The position numbers were made by a program, and so were the translations under genes. Of a stretch of DNA of 30,698 nt, positions 30,315 through 30,698 are shown piece by piece. Every line of letters begins with the position of its first letter. The stretch's first letter is position 1. The notes under the pieces are model-generated. The model made no database searches. It worked only from the letters and a program-made list of their open reading frames with translations, and was not told the origin of the DNA. This DNA comes from a virus (Duplodnaviria; Caudoviricetes), in the IMG/VR virus record IMGVR_UViG_3300028293_000019, positions 1 through 30,698 of that record; one strand, given 5' to 3'.

Positions 30315-30611
30315 ATGAGCACCAACAGGATCAACACCCCCGGCTTCGGAGTCGGCGCATCGTTCGGCATCCCGACCACGATCGGCCTTGCGCCCACGAG
30401 CACGCTGTCGATCACATCTGGCCTAGTCGGCTCGTACTACGCGACCGGACTCGTGACCGGCACCAACCTTACGCTCGTGTCGACCTCGAACGGGGTCACC
30501 GGCACGTACACGATCCTCTCGGGGGCGCCGGGCCACGTGTGGCTCGACGGGGCGAGCGCGTTCGCGGTTTCAACGACCACTTCGGTCAGCCTGGTCTTCA
30601 TCGCCGACTGA
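30315..30611 (+). CDS. Ser/Thr/Gly-rich beta protein, possible capsid decoration protein
   Basis: TAAGGAG SD, ATG 30315; directly follows the capsid gene. Confidence 0.6.
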   Translation: MSTNRINTPGFGVGASFGIPTTIGLAPTSTLSITSGLVGSYYATGLVTGTNLTLVSTSNGVTGTYTILSGAPGHVWLDGASAFAVSTTTSVSLVFIAD

Positions 30612-30698
30612 TGGAAGACGAAATCCACTCGGTACGGGTCACGAACAAGAACAATTCGTGGAACGTGGTCGATCGCCACGGCGGGCAGGTGTGGAAAT
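30611..30698 (+). CDS. hypothetical protein, 3' truncated by window
   Basis: TGATG coupling; MEDEIHSVRVTNKN...DRHGGQVW. Confidence 0.55.
   Translation, partial: MEDEIHSVRVTNKNNSWNVVDRHGGQVWK

Overview
The window is a large part of a GC-rich tailed-phage (Caudoviricetes) genome. No host housekeeping genes, integrase, CI-type repressor or recognisable replisome genes are visible. Order on the + strand: end of the tail/receptor region (1-2319); lysis module with GH24 lysozyme and an antisense insert (2425-5544); leftward early operon (5549-11240) with a Mom/GNAT-like protein, a Rieske [2Fe-2S] protein, a VRR-NUC-like nuclease and a strand-annealing protein; a symmetric divergent promoter (11244-11276); a C4/CI-like structured leader (11601-11717); an ~840-nt highly base-paired, mostly non-coding region ending exactly at tRNA-Lys(CTT), with two parS-like palindromes; an ~8.6-kb translationally coupled sugar-nucleotide and glycosylation cluster (HldE kinase, split ThDP enzyme, radical SAM, nucleotidyltransferase, GmhA, GT2, TPR-GT9-like, methyltransferase); then terminase, portal, scaffold and major capsid genes. 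The best candidates for undescribed biology are the phage-encoded modified-heptose glycosylation pathway, the large ncRNA/parS/tRNA locus and the Rieske + Mom-like pair. All family assignments come from motif recognition by eye; no searches were run.
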